Source: Opitutales bacterium (GTDB lineage: Bacteria; Verrucomicrobiota; Verrucomicrobiia; Opitutales; JABSRG01). From it: a stretch of 54,156 bases of DNA. Below the pieces are notes generated by a model. It saw only the letters and a program-made list of their open reading frames with translations. It did no database searches and had not been told where the DNA came from. The translations under genes and the position numbers were made by a program. This document shows positions 30,725 through 39,436 of the stretch, piece after piece (within the stretch, counting starts at the first letter, position 1; each line of letters opens with the position of its first letter). The DNA lies in contig JBMYOQ010000020.1 in the NCBI GenBank assembly GCA_049599475.1, forward strand, positions 1 through 54,156, read 5' to 3'.

Positions 30725-31705
30725 ATGTCCGAAAAAACAACCATCCTTGATAAATTGCCACGGGTTGCCGGGTCTTCAGAAACGATAGAAACGCCTAAAA
30801 CAATAGCGCAAACGAGCTCCACAAGCCCATCGGGAGCGCAGGATTCAATTGTCGAAGATATCGCACCTTCTAACATGGCCAGCGAGCTAGAACCTCTCCC
30901 AACGACTGGGGAAGTCACTAAAGAAGCGACAAAGGCCGATCCTGCGAGTTTTGAAAGCACAGCAGAAACAAGCGCAGCAGATGCGCCTGAGATCACAATC
31001 TCAGCAATAGACAGCGTAACCTACTACGGTCTATTCGCTATGTTTCTGTTTTTCCTTCTCAGCGCGATTATCGTTTTCTCGCGCAGAGCCAAGGTGACCA
31101 CTTCGGCACCTCAAAAGGCACTCCTCCTGGGAGGATCAGGGCTCGCTATCCTAGCCATCTACGCCTTCGCATCCAAATCGCTTTTCGCACAATTTTTAAA
31201 TCAAACAATTGAGGCCTACCCTCTTTGGCTAAAGCCACTATCATGGATTGTCATCGCGCCGATGTTTGTTATGACCATCCCTTATCTAGTTACCGAGAGT
31301 GCAAAGGCGCACAAATTTTTCGTCAAGTGCGCGGCCAAGGCAGCAGCAGCATTTGTAGTCTTGGCGATCCCTTCATTGGTAGATCTTGGTAGCATTGCTG
31401 CTGGCGTTTTTGCAGCTATTTCGATCGGACTCGGCGTTTTCTTTACACTTCCTTTAGTCAAAGCCCTACGCCGCCTTCCCGGAAGTTTGGCTACAGAAGC
31501 TAAATCAAAAATCAGCCAACTCGGCTTCGTTGTAATAGGCATGATTATTCTTCAGATAATCACTGGGAGCCTCGCACTAGTAAATGTCGCTACGACACCA
31601 GTCCTTCTCATCGATCTCGTGATGTCTTTCGGACTCATCACAGTAATTCTGATGAACTTGATGAGCTACATCTCCATCCAGTTTCCGCGAGAGGCTACTG
31701 CTTAA
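30725..31705 (+). CDS. 7-TM membrane protein, putative lysine-less microbial-rhodopsin homolog with long S/T/P/E-rich N-tail
   Basis: Seven hydrophobic segments; YPLWLKPLSWIVIAP resembles rhodopsin helix C (PTVFRYIDWLLTVP); no Lys in helix 7. Confidence 0.6.
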   Translation: MSEKTTILDKLPRVAGSSETIETPKTIAQTSSTSPSGAQDSIVEDIAPSNMASELEPLPTTGEVTKEATKADPASFESTAETSAADAPEITISAIDSVTYYGLFAMFLFFLLSAIIVFSRRAKVTTSAPQKALLLGGSGLAILAIYAFASKSLFAQFLNQTIEAYPLWLKPLSWIVIAPMFVMTIPYLVTESAKAHKFFVKCAAKAAAAFVVLAIPSLVDLGSIAAGVFAAISIGLGVFFTLPLVKALRRLPGSLATEAKSKISQLGFVVIGMIILQIITGSLALVNVATTPVLLIDLVMSFGLITVILMNLMSYISIQFPREATA

Positions 31706-31733
31706 CCGAACGCACGACATACTTTAATTTCGC

Positions 31734-31765
31734 TAAGGCTGAGTTTCGCAAGAGACTCAGCCTTA
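31734..31765 (+). terminator. Strong hairpin after the 7-TM gene (terminator or stabiliser)
   Basis: TAAGGCTGAGTTTC-GCAA-GAGACTCAGCCTTA, 14-bp stem with one G-U pair and a GNRA loop; weak U-tail. Confidence 0.65.
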
Positions 31766-31835
31766 TATGTGCAGATATTCGAGCGAGTGAGCTAAACGAT
31801 TAAAGATTATCACTTACCTGGCGACTCTACCAGGC

Positions 31836-32348
31836 ATGACAGAGATCGAACTCGGATATGCCGTTATCGCATGTCTTATAACAGCTTGGCTCGCCCTGCC
31901 CCTACACGTCGCCGTACACGAGTTTTCCCATGCAATTGCAGCACGACTCCTGACGGCTTCTCCGATTTCCATTCAACTCGGAAACCAAATCCACGGAGTT
32001 TGGCGGCATGGAAGCCTAGAGCTCTCCTTCGGCCTCACGCGCTGGAAAACGGGAAGTTTTAAATTCTCACCTCACGAGTTCGCGCCATGGAAACAAGCCC
32101 TGGTGATCGCAGCAGGCCCCTGCGGGACATTCGCCCTGACTTTCCTGTTTATGATGGGGCTACTGTCAGCGAATAATACTCTCCAACAGATCGCCTTGCT
32201 TCCGCCGACTATATACGGCCTGAAGATCCTGATCCTTTCACTCTACCCAACGGAAATCAAGGACCGGGAAACAGGTAAAACAATCGAATCTGACGGTTTA
32301 AAACTTAGCCGCATTCCATGGAAGGCTCCTTCTCACGCAAATACATGA
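31836..32348 (+). CDS. Minimal M50 (site-2-protease-like) membrane metallopeptidase
   Basis: HEFSH (HExxH) in a TM segment, AAGP motif, C-terminal SDG. Confidence 0.7.
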   Translation: MTEIELGYAVIACLITAWLALPLHVAVHEFSHAIAARLLTASPISIQLGNQIHGVWRHGSLELSFGLTRWKTGSFKFSPHEFAPWKQALVIAAGPCGTFALTFLFMMGLLSANNTLQQIALLPPTIYGLKILILSLYPTEIKDRETGKTIESDGLKLSRIPWKAPSHANT

Positions 32349-32359
32349 TGTAAAACCCA

Positions 32360-33025
32360 ATGTTGAGACGACAAGGCATTGAACAGATTTTTCATCCTCG
32401 AATGCGCCGAGAGCGCGTTCGTCGAGAACGTCGCGAGCTGCTCAGATATTCGCCCTCGAAACGCCGCGAGGTCATCCGTAAAGCGAATATCCAGATCATC
32501 ACGATGGTCGCATCTGTCGTGGGATTCCTGATTGCTGTAGGGTGTTCTGATCGCAATCCGATGCACACTTGGGCGACCTATGAGTATCCAGAATACGGTT
32601 TCGCGGTGGAAATGCCGAATGAGCCAATCGAATCAAGCACTCAGCTTAGGACCCAAGACGGACTGGTGCCCGTAAGGCAATTTCAGCACAAGAGCATTGC
32701 ATTTGTTTACTACGTTTCAGTCGCAGAATTTCCGTCGAAACTCATACAGAGCCAGCCCAAAAAACGCACCTTAGACATCATGATGGAGGATCAGATTCTC
32801 GGCATGAACGGGGCACTCCTTGAAAGTTCACACCGGTCGTTCGACGGCTATCCCGCAATTTTCTTTTCCGCACAGCTCCCCAAAGATGGCGTCGAGCTGA
32901 GAAACGATAATACTCTCACCAGCATTATCGTTATCAAAGGAAACCGCATATACCGAGCCTCAGCCATAGGGCTAGGTAACGAAGGCGAGCGCACTCGATT
33001 CCTGGGCTCGTTTACTTTACTGTGA
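32360..33025 (+). CDS. Hypothetical lipoprotein or membrane-anchored protein
   Basis: Hydrophobic stretch ending IAVGC (lipobox-like); GFAVEMP.EP; start uncertain. Confidence 0.6.
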   Translation: MLRRQGIEQIFHPRMRRERVRRERRELLRYSPSKRREVIRKANIQIITMVASVVGFLIAVGCSDRNPMHTWATYEYPEYGFAVEMPNEPIESSTQLRTQDGLVPVRQFQHKSIAFVYYVSVAEFPSKLIQSQPKKRTLDIMMEDQILGMNGALLESSHRSFDGYPAIFFSAQLPKDGVELRNDNTLTSIIVIKGNRIYRASAIGLGNEGERTRFLGSFTLL

Positions 33026-33028
33026 CAC

Positions 33029-33065
33029 AAAAAAAAAACCTCCCACAGAATGGGAGGTTTTAAAA
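33029..33065. terminator. Bidirectional rho-independent terminator between convergent genes
   Basis: A10-CCTCCCA-CAGAA-TGGGAGG-TTTT. Confidence 0.85.
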
Positions 33066-33093
33066 TACAAAGGCGGCCTCGAAGCCACATGTT

Positions 33094-34425
33094 TTAAGCT
33101 ACACGCTCAACAATCAATTGTGGTGGTGTCGGGCGCTTTGGAGCCAAACGGTAAGCGTTGCGCAGATAATCCAACGCCTCTTCGACCTTCGCTTCGTCAT
33201 TGTAGTGAATCATCATGAGGGGCTCACCCTGTTTTACCTGGGTTCCAACCTTCTTGATTTCGCTCACGCCGACTGCGTAATCGATGCCCTTCTTCTTAGT
33301 CGCGAGAAGCTTTACGCCCTTAGCGATCATGCCAGCGTCGATCGTATGCACGTAACCACGCTTAGGAGCTGGGAGCTTGCGGACATACTTTGCCTTCGGG
33401 AATTTTTCTGGATCGTCGACAAATGAAGCGTCTCCGCCCTGAGCTTCGATCATCTCCTTAAATTTCGCCAATGCAGATCCGTCTTCGAGGTGGCGCTGCA
33501 CAGTTTGCTTAGCTGAAAGAGTCGAACCAGCAACCCCAGCCAAACGAACAATCTCCATTCCGAGCTTCAATACCAGCTCTTGCAGGTCTTCTGGACCTCT
33601 CCCTTGAAGCAATTCGATGGCTTCCTTCACTTCAAGCGCAGTGCCGACAGTGTCACCCAATGGCTGATTCATGTCAGTAACCATCGCTACACAACGGCGA
33701 TTCATAGAGCGAGATACACGCGTAATCGAGCGCGCCAACTGCTTAGCCTGCTCCAAATCGTTGATAAATGAGCCATTACCCCACTTTACATCGATCACCA
33801 AGCCTTCGGCGCCTTCAGCAAGCTTGCGACTCAGAACACTTCCAGTGATGAGGGGAAGACTTGGAATCGTCGCAGTCTCCGTGCGCATTTTATACATGGT
33901 CGAATCGACCGGCGCGATCTCATCAGACTGCTCAGTGAATGCGCATCCAACGCGTTTCAGCTGACCGACAAACTCGTCGATATCCACCTTAGTGTTAATA
34001 CCGGAGATAGAGGAAAGCTTCTCAGTGTTTGCAATTTCGCACTCCTCGTCGACACCATTCATTGTCGGTGAGACCACTCCGCAAGCCGCAGCCAGTGGAG
34101 TCAGCACGAGGGAAGTCTTATCTCCCACTCCACCGGTAGAATACTTGTCGATTTTCGGGCGACTGATTTCAGTTAGGTCGATTACTTCGCCTGAGAGCAT
34201 CATCTCTTCCGCGAAAGTAGCTGTTTCTTGCGCAGACATGCCTTGGAAATATACAGACATGGCCAACGCGGCCATTTGATACTCGGGCATGTCGCCGTCG
34301 AGGATCGAATCAACGACATAACGAATCTCGTCGTCGCTCATTTCTCCGCCGTTTCTCTTTTTCTCAATAAGAGCAGCGAATGAAGGCTTTACAAATTTGC
34401 GGGCTGATATGATTTTTTTACGCAT
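33094..34425 (-). CDS. Thymidine/pyrimidine-nucleoside phosphorylase homolog with altered active site
   Basis: KKRNG, DKYSTGGVGDK, RKLAEG, DVKWGNG, TDMNQPLG, AQGGD; canonical His and SGRGLGHTGGT loop replaced. Confidence 0.85.
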   Translation of the reverse strand: MRKKIISARKFVKPSFAALIEKKRNGGEMSDDEIRYVVDSILDGDMPEYQMAALAMSVYFQGMSAQETATFAEEMMLSGEVIDLTEISRPKIDKYSTGGVGDKTSLVLTPLAAACGVVSPTMNGVDEECEIANTEKLSSISGINTKVDIDEFVGQLKRVGCAFTEQSDEIAPVDSTMYKMRTETATIPSLPLITGSVLSRKLAEGAEGLVIDVKWGNGSFINDLEQAKQLARSITRVSRSMNRRCVAMVTDMNQPLGDTVGTALEVKEAIELLQGRGPEDLQELVLKLGMEIVRLAGVAGSTLSAKQTVQRHLEDGSALAKFKEMIEAQGGDASFVDDPEKFPKAKYVRKLPAPKRGYVHTIDAGMIAKGVKLLATKKKGIDYAVGVSEIKKVGTQVKQGEPLMMIHYNDEAKVEEALDYLRNAYRLAPKRPTPPQLIVERVA

Positions 34426-34600
34426 CGTAGCTGAACTATTCTGGCAGTTCCCAATCTTTTGGCGCTGCCATAAACCTCCAGTTTATACACTATCAGAGAC
34501 CCTTGTGTCGAGATTTTTATTGAGAATCGCCTATTTCTTAGCGGACCCGATTCACCCAAATTTCACATAAATTCAACAGCACGACCCCTAAACAGAGCTC

Positions 34601-35761
34601 TTAGCGTGTGAATACTCTCTGAAGTAAGCCTTGATTCCAGACATTTGCATGCGGGTAAGACTTCCCATTTGCCACCGCATGGAAGGATAAGGCTTTTGAA
34701 AAATTTTCAGGAAAATCGCCGGGGTACCAGGCAAACCAAAGATCTTTTAGGTCAACCGAGCGCTCTGCAGAAATCAACGGCAACCAGGCATCAATGACTA
34801 AGGTATCCAAACGCGTACCGCCCACAGCTGAATCAATGACCTCGAGCAAACGCTTCCGAATTGAGGTGAGCTTAGCTTGTCTACGATAAGCGCCAATCTC
34901 TGGAAGCGTATCCAAACACAGTGTCGGCCAATCGAATAACCGGAGCCGTTCGATCCAGTCAGGTTTGCTAGTCCATATCTGCCGATATTGATCCAGACGC
35001 TTTTCTGGAAAATTTGCGGGGCGCAGACCAGAGCGCACCCAGGGTCGGCGGCTAGCACTCATTACTTGCTCTGCCTGTGGTGGAGATTCTCTCCAAATCG
35101 AATGCGGAAACTGGTGAGCGACATCGGCCATCGTTGCTCGGTTTCTTCGGTATCCTAATACCTCCAATGTCATCCCGTGAACGGCTTCCTCAAAGCCCTG
35201 CGACTCAAGCCGCTTTCTCGCAAAAGCCACTTTCTGTTCCCAACGCAAAGCGGCCCCTTCGCAGAGATCTCGCCGAATAGACGATGCCGGTTTGTCAGAC
35301 CAGTCTTCGAAAAGGTGGGCCACATCCCCACGAACGCTTTGGGCTAGCAAATAGCTCTCTAAGTCTTCTTTGAGATAGGGTCCCAAGACCAGCGCTGGCA
35401 TATGGCTCAATATTTCTTGAGAGGGTTCAAAGAGGATTACATGCAGTCTGACAGCTTCAAAATGGGGATCGTCTCGATGACCGTGTCGCTCCCAATCATG
35501 GGCATAAAAATGTATTTCAACATCCCCCACCACCGACTTTCCATCGATCTCAAGAACAGCTTCCTTAAAATCCGGGCCTTCTTCGGCACGATTCCATCTT
35601 CCAGGGTGTTTGATAAGGAGAGTTTTCCCACATCGCGTTCGCAACTCTCGCTGAATAAAATCCTGTTGCGCCCAAATTCGCTGAATCACGCGCTCAGAAA
35701 TAGAAACGGTCCCATAGATTCCGGGGATCTCAGCTACACGATTACCAACTTCATCACTCAT
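34601..35761 (-). CDS. DUF2851 family protein
   Basis: HPGRWN..EGPDF, GDVEIH, W..HGH..DP.F..V.LHV, LGYRRN, RPANFP; likely start MSDEV. Confidence 0.8.
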   Translation of the reverse strand: MSDEVGNRVAEIPGIYGTVSISERVIQRIWAQQDFIQRELRTRCGKTLLIKHPGRWNRAEEGPDFKEAVLEIDGKSVVGDVEIHFYAHDWERHGHRDDPHFEAVRLHVILFEPSQEILSHMPALVLGPYLKEDLESYLLAQSVRGDVAHLFEDWSDKPASSIRRDLCEGAALRWEQKVAFARKRLESQGFEEAVHGMTLEVLGYRRNRATMADVAHQFPHSIWRESPPQAEQVMSASRRPWVRSGLRPANFPEKRLDQYRQIWTSKPDWIERLRLFDWPTLCLDTLPEIGAYRRQAKLTSIRKRLLEVIDSAVGGTRLDTLVIDAWLPLISAERSVDLKDLWFAWYPGDFPENFSKALSFHAVANGKSYPHANVWNQGLLQRVFTR

Positions 35762-35898
35762 ATCGCCTAAGACGCTAAACAGCACGGTCGTTTACAGAAA
35801 AGAGAAATATATTCCGAATTAGCAGATTCATCCATTTCAGAGCATAATATCGCTGACTTGTGTCGCGAGCTCTGCTTTTCCAGTCTGTTTGCAACAAC

Positions 35899-38457
35899 AT
35901 GACGACCTCCACTCCAGAGAAACCTTTCATCGACCTTTCTTCCTACGAGCCGCCCACTGGCTACTATGATGAACTTGTTGATGCCTTTGGAGAGAAGCGT
36001 ACGAGCTGGCAAACAGCCTGGCCCGAGCTAGAGAAACTCTCGCTCGAAGGCATCGCCGAGAGAGATCAACTCCTTCAAAGGCTGATCCAAGAAAACGGGA
36101 TCACCTACAATGTCTACTCAGGGTCAGAAGATTCCACGCGTCTATGGACCATGGATTCACTCCCGATGATTTTCGAGAATTCTGAGTGGAATATGATCGC
36201 AGATTCGATGCGTCAGCGCGTGCGGCTACTGAATGCACTAGCTCGCGACTTCTACGGTCCCAAAAAGTTGCTAACGGATGGGCACTACCCGGTGTCCCTC
36301 GTCTTGGGCAACCCAGGATTTCTTCGCCCATGCCACCAGTTTCAACCAAAGAACGGCAACTGGATACACCTGTATGCAGCGGACCTAGCGCGGGCTCCAG
36401 ATGGAAGCTGGTGGGTACTCTCTGATAGGCTCGAAGCTCCGTCCGGTATCGGCTACAGCCTAGAGAATCGAGGGCTATCCAGCCGCGTGCTGCCTGAACT
36501 CCTGCGCAAGACCCAAGTCAAACGCCTGCAGCCATTCATCTCCAAGTTTCACGAGTCCTACGCCCAACTCGCGCCTCATGGTAAACCCGATCCGACGATC
36601 GCGGTCCTCACCCCAGGTCCCGCCAACGAGACCTACTTCGAGCATTCCTATCTAGCTCGCAACCTGGGCTACCCGCTCGTCGAAGGCGCCGATCTCACCG
36701 TCCGCGAGAACAAACTGTATCTAAAGACAATCGAGGGCCTACAGCAAATCGATGTATTGATCCGCCGTCTCGATGGTTCTTGGTGCGACCCTCTTGAGCT
36801 GCGATCGGAGTCTTTATTAGGTGTTCCTGGACTGGTAAATGTAGTTCGCGAAGGAAATGTCGCGATTGCCAATGCCCTAGGAACCGGAGTGCTCGAATCT
36901 CCCGCACTACCGGCATTCCTCCCCAATCTTTGCCAGCATATCCTCGGCGAGGAACTCAAGATGCCCTCAGTCGCAACTTGGTGGTGTGGTCAAACTCGAG
37001 AGCGTGCCTACGTTTTTGAAAACCTCGAACACCTCGTCATAAAACGAACGTTTCGACAAACAAATCGGGATAGCTACTTCGGCCCTCATCTCAGCGCCAC
37101 GGAACGTGAGGCGCTTAAACAAGAGATCTTGGTGAACCCAGAACAATGGTGTGCGCAGGAAATAGTCTCGCGCGCCACCACCCCCGTATATCAAAACGGA
37201 GGCATCACCCCACGCCATTTCTTGATTCGAGTCTTCATGATACCGCACGATGACGATTGGATCATTATGCCAGGGGGACTCGGTAGAATCGCTCCGCAAA
37301 CGGACCTCGTAAATGTATCCATGCAAAATGGAGGTCTAAGCAAAGATATTTGGCTCACGCACAAGGGCGATTCCCACAAAACGACCGCCCGTGAAGAGAG
37401 CCGTGCCCACCGTTCACAAGCAGGCACATGGCGCCCACAACTACCTAGTCGTCTCGCGGACAACCTATGCTGGCTCGGCCGCTATGCAGAACGCACGGAA
37501 CATCTTGCGCGGATCACACGCGTTCTCGTAGAGGCAATCGTCGAACCTGAAGGACCCGACCCCCTCGACGGCATGGGCAGACTCCTTCAAGCGATGATCC
37601 CCGCCGAAGATTTTCCACGGCTCAAAATAGACCGCCCTACCGAATGGGACTTTTCCGCGACAATCAATGTGCTCAGTGCACTCATTTGGGATCCCAAAAT
37701 GCCGGGAAGCCTCGTGGATAATATCACTCAGATCCAACGCACCGCTGCTACTGTACGTGAACGCCTCAGCAACGATGCAACCCAAACCCTACGCAAGCTT
37801 TCGATTCCCAAATCACCAAAGCACGACTCACCTCTCGACGAGGAGTCATTCGGATTTTTAGAAGAGACCATCGACAGGCTTTCTGCATTTTCAGGTGTGG
37901 TCATGGAAAACATGACGCGCGGACACGGTTGGGTATTTTTGGAAATCGGCCGCCGCATGGAACGTGCAGTAAATATCACTACAATGCTGAGAACCTCACT
38001 CTCTCAAGCATCGGATGACATCGCAGCGGTCCTCGAACACTTACTCGCCTGCCTCGACTCGACCCTCACCTACCGTCGACAACACCTCAACTTTGTTGAA
38101 CTGGAAGCCGTCCTAGAACTCGTGATTTGGAATAAGGACAACCCTCGCTCGATCCAATTCCAACTAGAAAGCGTCCAGGCGCTGATCAAACGCCTGCCAC
38201 ATTTAAAGACAGAGGGTGCCCGCCACCCATTGGACCAAGCAGTCGCACGAGCCATTGGCCGAATCGAAGTTTTCAATACAAATTTGCTCAGCGAAAATGC
38301 CTTCCTTGAAACCAGCACCGAATTGGATGGATTCCTTGAAATGCTGCAAAAAGACATACTCATAATTTCAGACAGAATTAGTGAGCACTATTTCGCCATC
38401 ACGCAGCAGACAGAGAATATCCGACGCCCGCTTCTTCAAACTCCAAACTCTTTCTAG
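35899..38457 (+). CDS. Circularly permuted type-2 ATP-grasp fused to alpha-E (DUF403) domain
   Basis: ENGITYNVY, DR.EAPSGIGY.LENR, LTPGP.NETYFEH, DPLELR..S.LGVPGL, MPGGL.R, SKDIW; alpha-E GRYAER and GRRMER; ORF open from 35860. Confidence 0.92.
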   Translation: MTTSTPEKPFIDLSSYEPPTGYYDELVDAFGEKRTSWQTAWPELEKLSLEGIAERDQLLQRLIQENGITYNVYSGSEDSTRLWTMDSLPMIFENSEWNMIADSMRQRVRLLNALARDFYGPKKLLTDGHYPVSLVLGNPGFLRPCHQFQPKNGNWIHLYAADLARAPDGSWWVLSDRLEAPSGIGYSLENRGLSSRVLPELLRKTQVKRLQPFISKFHESYAQLAPHGKPDPTIAVLTPGPANETYFEHSYLARNLGYPLVEGADLTVRENKLYLKTIEGLQQIDVLIRRLDGSWCDPLELRSESLLGVPGLVNVVREGNVAIANALGTGVLESPALPAFLPNLCQHILGEELKMPSVATWWCGQTRERAYVFENLEHLVIKRTFRQTNRDSYFGPHLSATEREALKQEILVNPEQWCAQEIVSRATTPVYQNGGITPRHFLIRVFMIPHDDDWIIMPGGLGRIAPQTDLVNVSMQNGGLSKDIWLTHKGDSHKTTAREESRAHRSQAGTWRPQLPSRLADNLCWLGRYAERTEHLARITRVLVEAIVEPEGPDPLDGMGRLLQAMIPAEDFPRLKIDRPTEWDFSATINVLSALIWDPKMPGSLVDNITQIQRTAATVRERLSNDATQTLRKLSIPKSPKHDSPLDEESFGFLEETIDRLSAFSGVVMENMTRGHGWVFLEIGRRMERAVNITTMLRTSLSQASDDIAAVLEHLLACLDSTLTYRRQHLNFVELEAVLELVIWNKDNPRSIQFQLESVQALIKRLPHLKTEGARHPLDQAVARAIGRIEVFNTNLLSENAFLETSTELDGFLEMLQKDILIISDRISEHYFAITQQTENIRRPLLQTPNSF

Positions 38458-38466
38458 GCGCATCGC

Positions 38467-39411
38467 ATGATCAACACCTTAAAGAGCAATACCGTTCGCT
38501 ATTTCGTCCATCACGAGACGACTTACACCTACTCGGCCCCTGTCGCCATTTCCCATCATACAGCGTATCTAAGTCCCAGTAATTCCGCCCAGCAAACCGT
38601 GGAACGCTTCAGCTTAGATATTTCACCACGTCCACGAGACATCTCGGAGCACGACGATTATTTCGGAAATATACGCCACCAATTCTCCATAATCGAAGCA
38701 CATACTGTATTAAAAGTTTCGATGCGAGCACAGGTCCAGAAACTCATTCGGTCCTTACCGACTCCAGAAGATTCGCCAACATGCTCGGAAGTCTACCGAT
38801 TCTTAAAATCGCCCATCACGCGCGATGCAGTCCAAGCATCTGAGTTTGTCTTCCCCACATACCTCACCAAGCCCAACGCGGAAATCAGCGCGTTTGCTCG
38901 TCAATTTTTCGAAGATTCAAAGTCGTTCCTCGAATGTGTTTTAGAATTGAATACAGCGATCAATGAAACTTTCGACTTCGATCCGGAAGCAACAGATATT
39001 AACACCCCTTTAGATCAATTCTACAAACAAAAGCGTGGTGTCTGCCAAGATTTCGCTCACTTCATGATCGCGTGCCTGCGCTCCCAGGGATTCTCCGCAG
39101 GATACGCCAGCGGTTACTTACTCACCCATCCCCCCGAAGGGGAGAAACGCCTCGAGGGGGCTGACGCATCACATGCATGGGTCACTGTGCATATCCCTGA
39201 TATCGGCTGGGTGGACCTCGACCCCACCAACGCGATTTTAGTCAACCAAGAACATATCCACGTCGCCCGCGGACGGGACTACCAAGATATTTCTCCGATC
39301 AAAGGCGCTATGAGCGGCGGCGGTGAACAAAAAATAGACATCGAAGTAACCGTCCGCCCAGAATGGGAGCTCGCGGAAAGTAGCAATACACGCTGGTTTA
39401 GCGCGCCTTAA
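38467..39411 (+). CDS. Transglutaminase-like protein (Bact_transglu_N plus core)
   Basis: HETTYTY, DYFGN, GVCQDFAH, ASHAW, DLDPTN, GRDYQD; Cys-His-Asp triad intact. Confidence 0.93.
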   Translation: MINTLKSNTVRYFVHHETTYTYSAPVAISHHTAYLSPSNSAQQTVERFSLDISPRPRDISEHDDYFGNIRHQFSIIEAHTVLKVSMRAQVQKLIRSLPTPEDSPTCSEVYRFLKSPITRDAVQASEFVFPTYLTKPNAEISAFARQFFEDSKSFLECVLELNTAINETFDFDPEATDINTPLDQFYKQKRGVCQDFAHFMIACLRSQGFSAGYASGYLLTHPPEGEKRLEGADASHAWVTVHIPDIGWVDLDPTNAILVNQEHIHVARGRDYQDISPIKGAMSGGGEQKIDIEVTVRPEWELAESSNTRWFSAP

Positions 39412-39436
39412 TTACCTAGTGTATCTCGAAAAAAAT

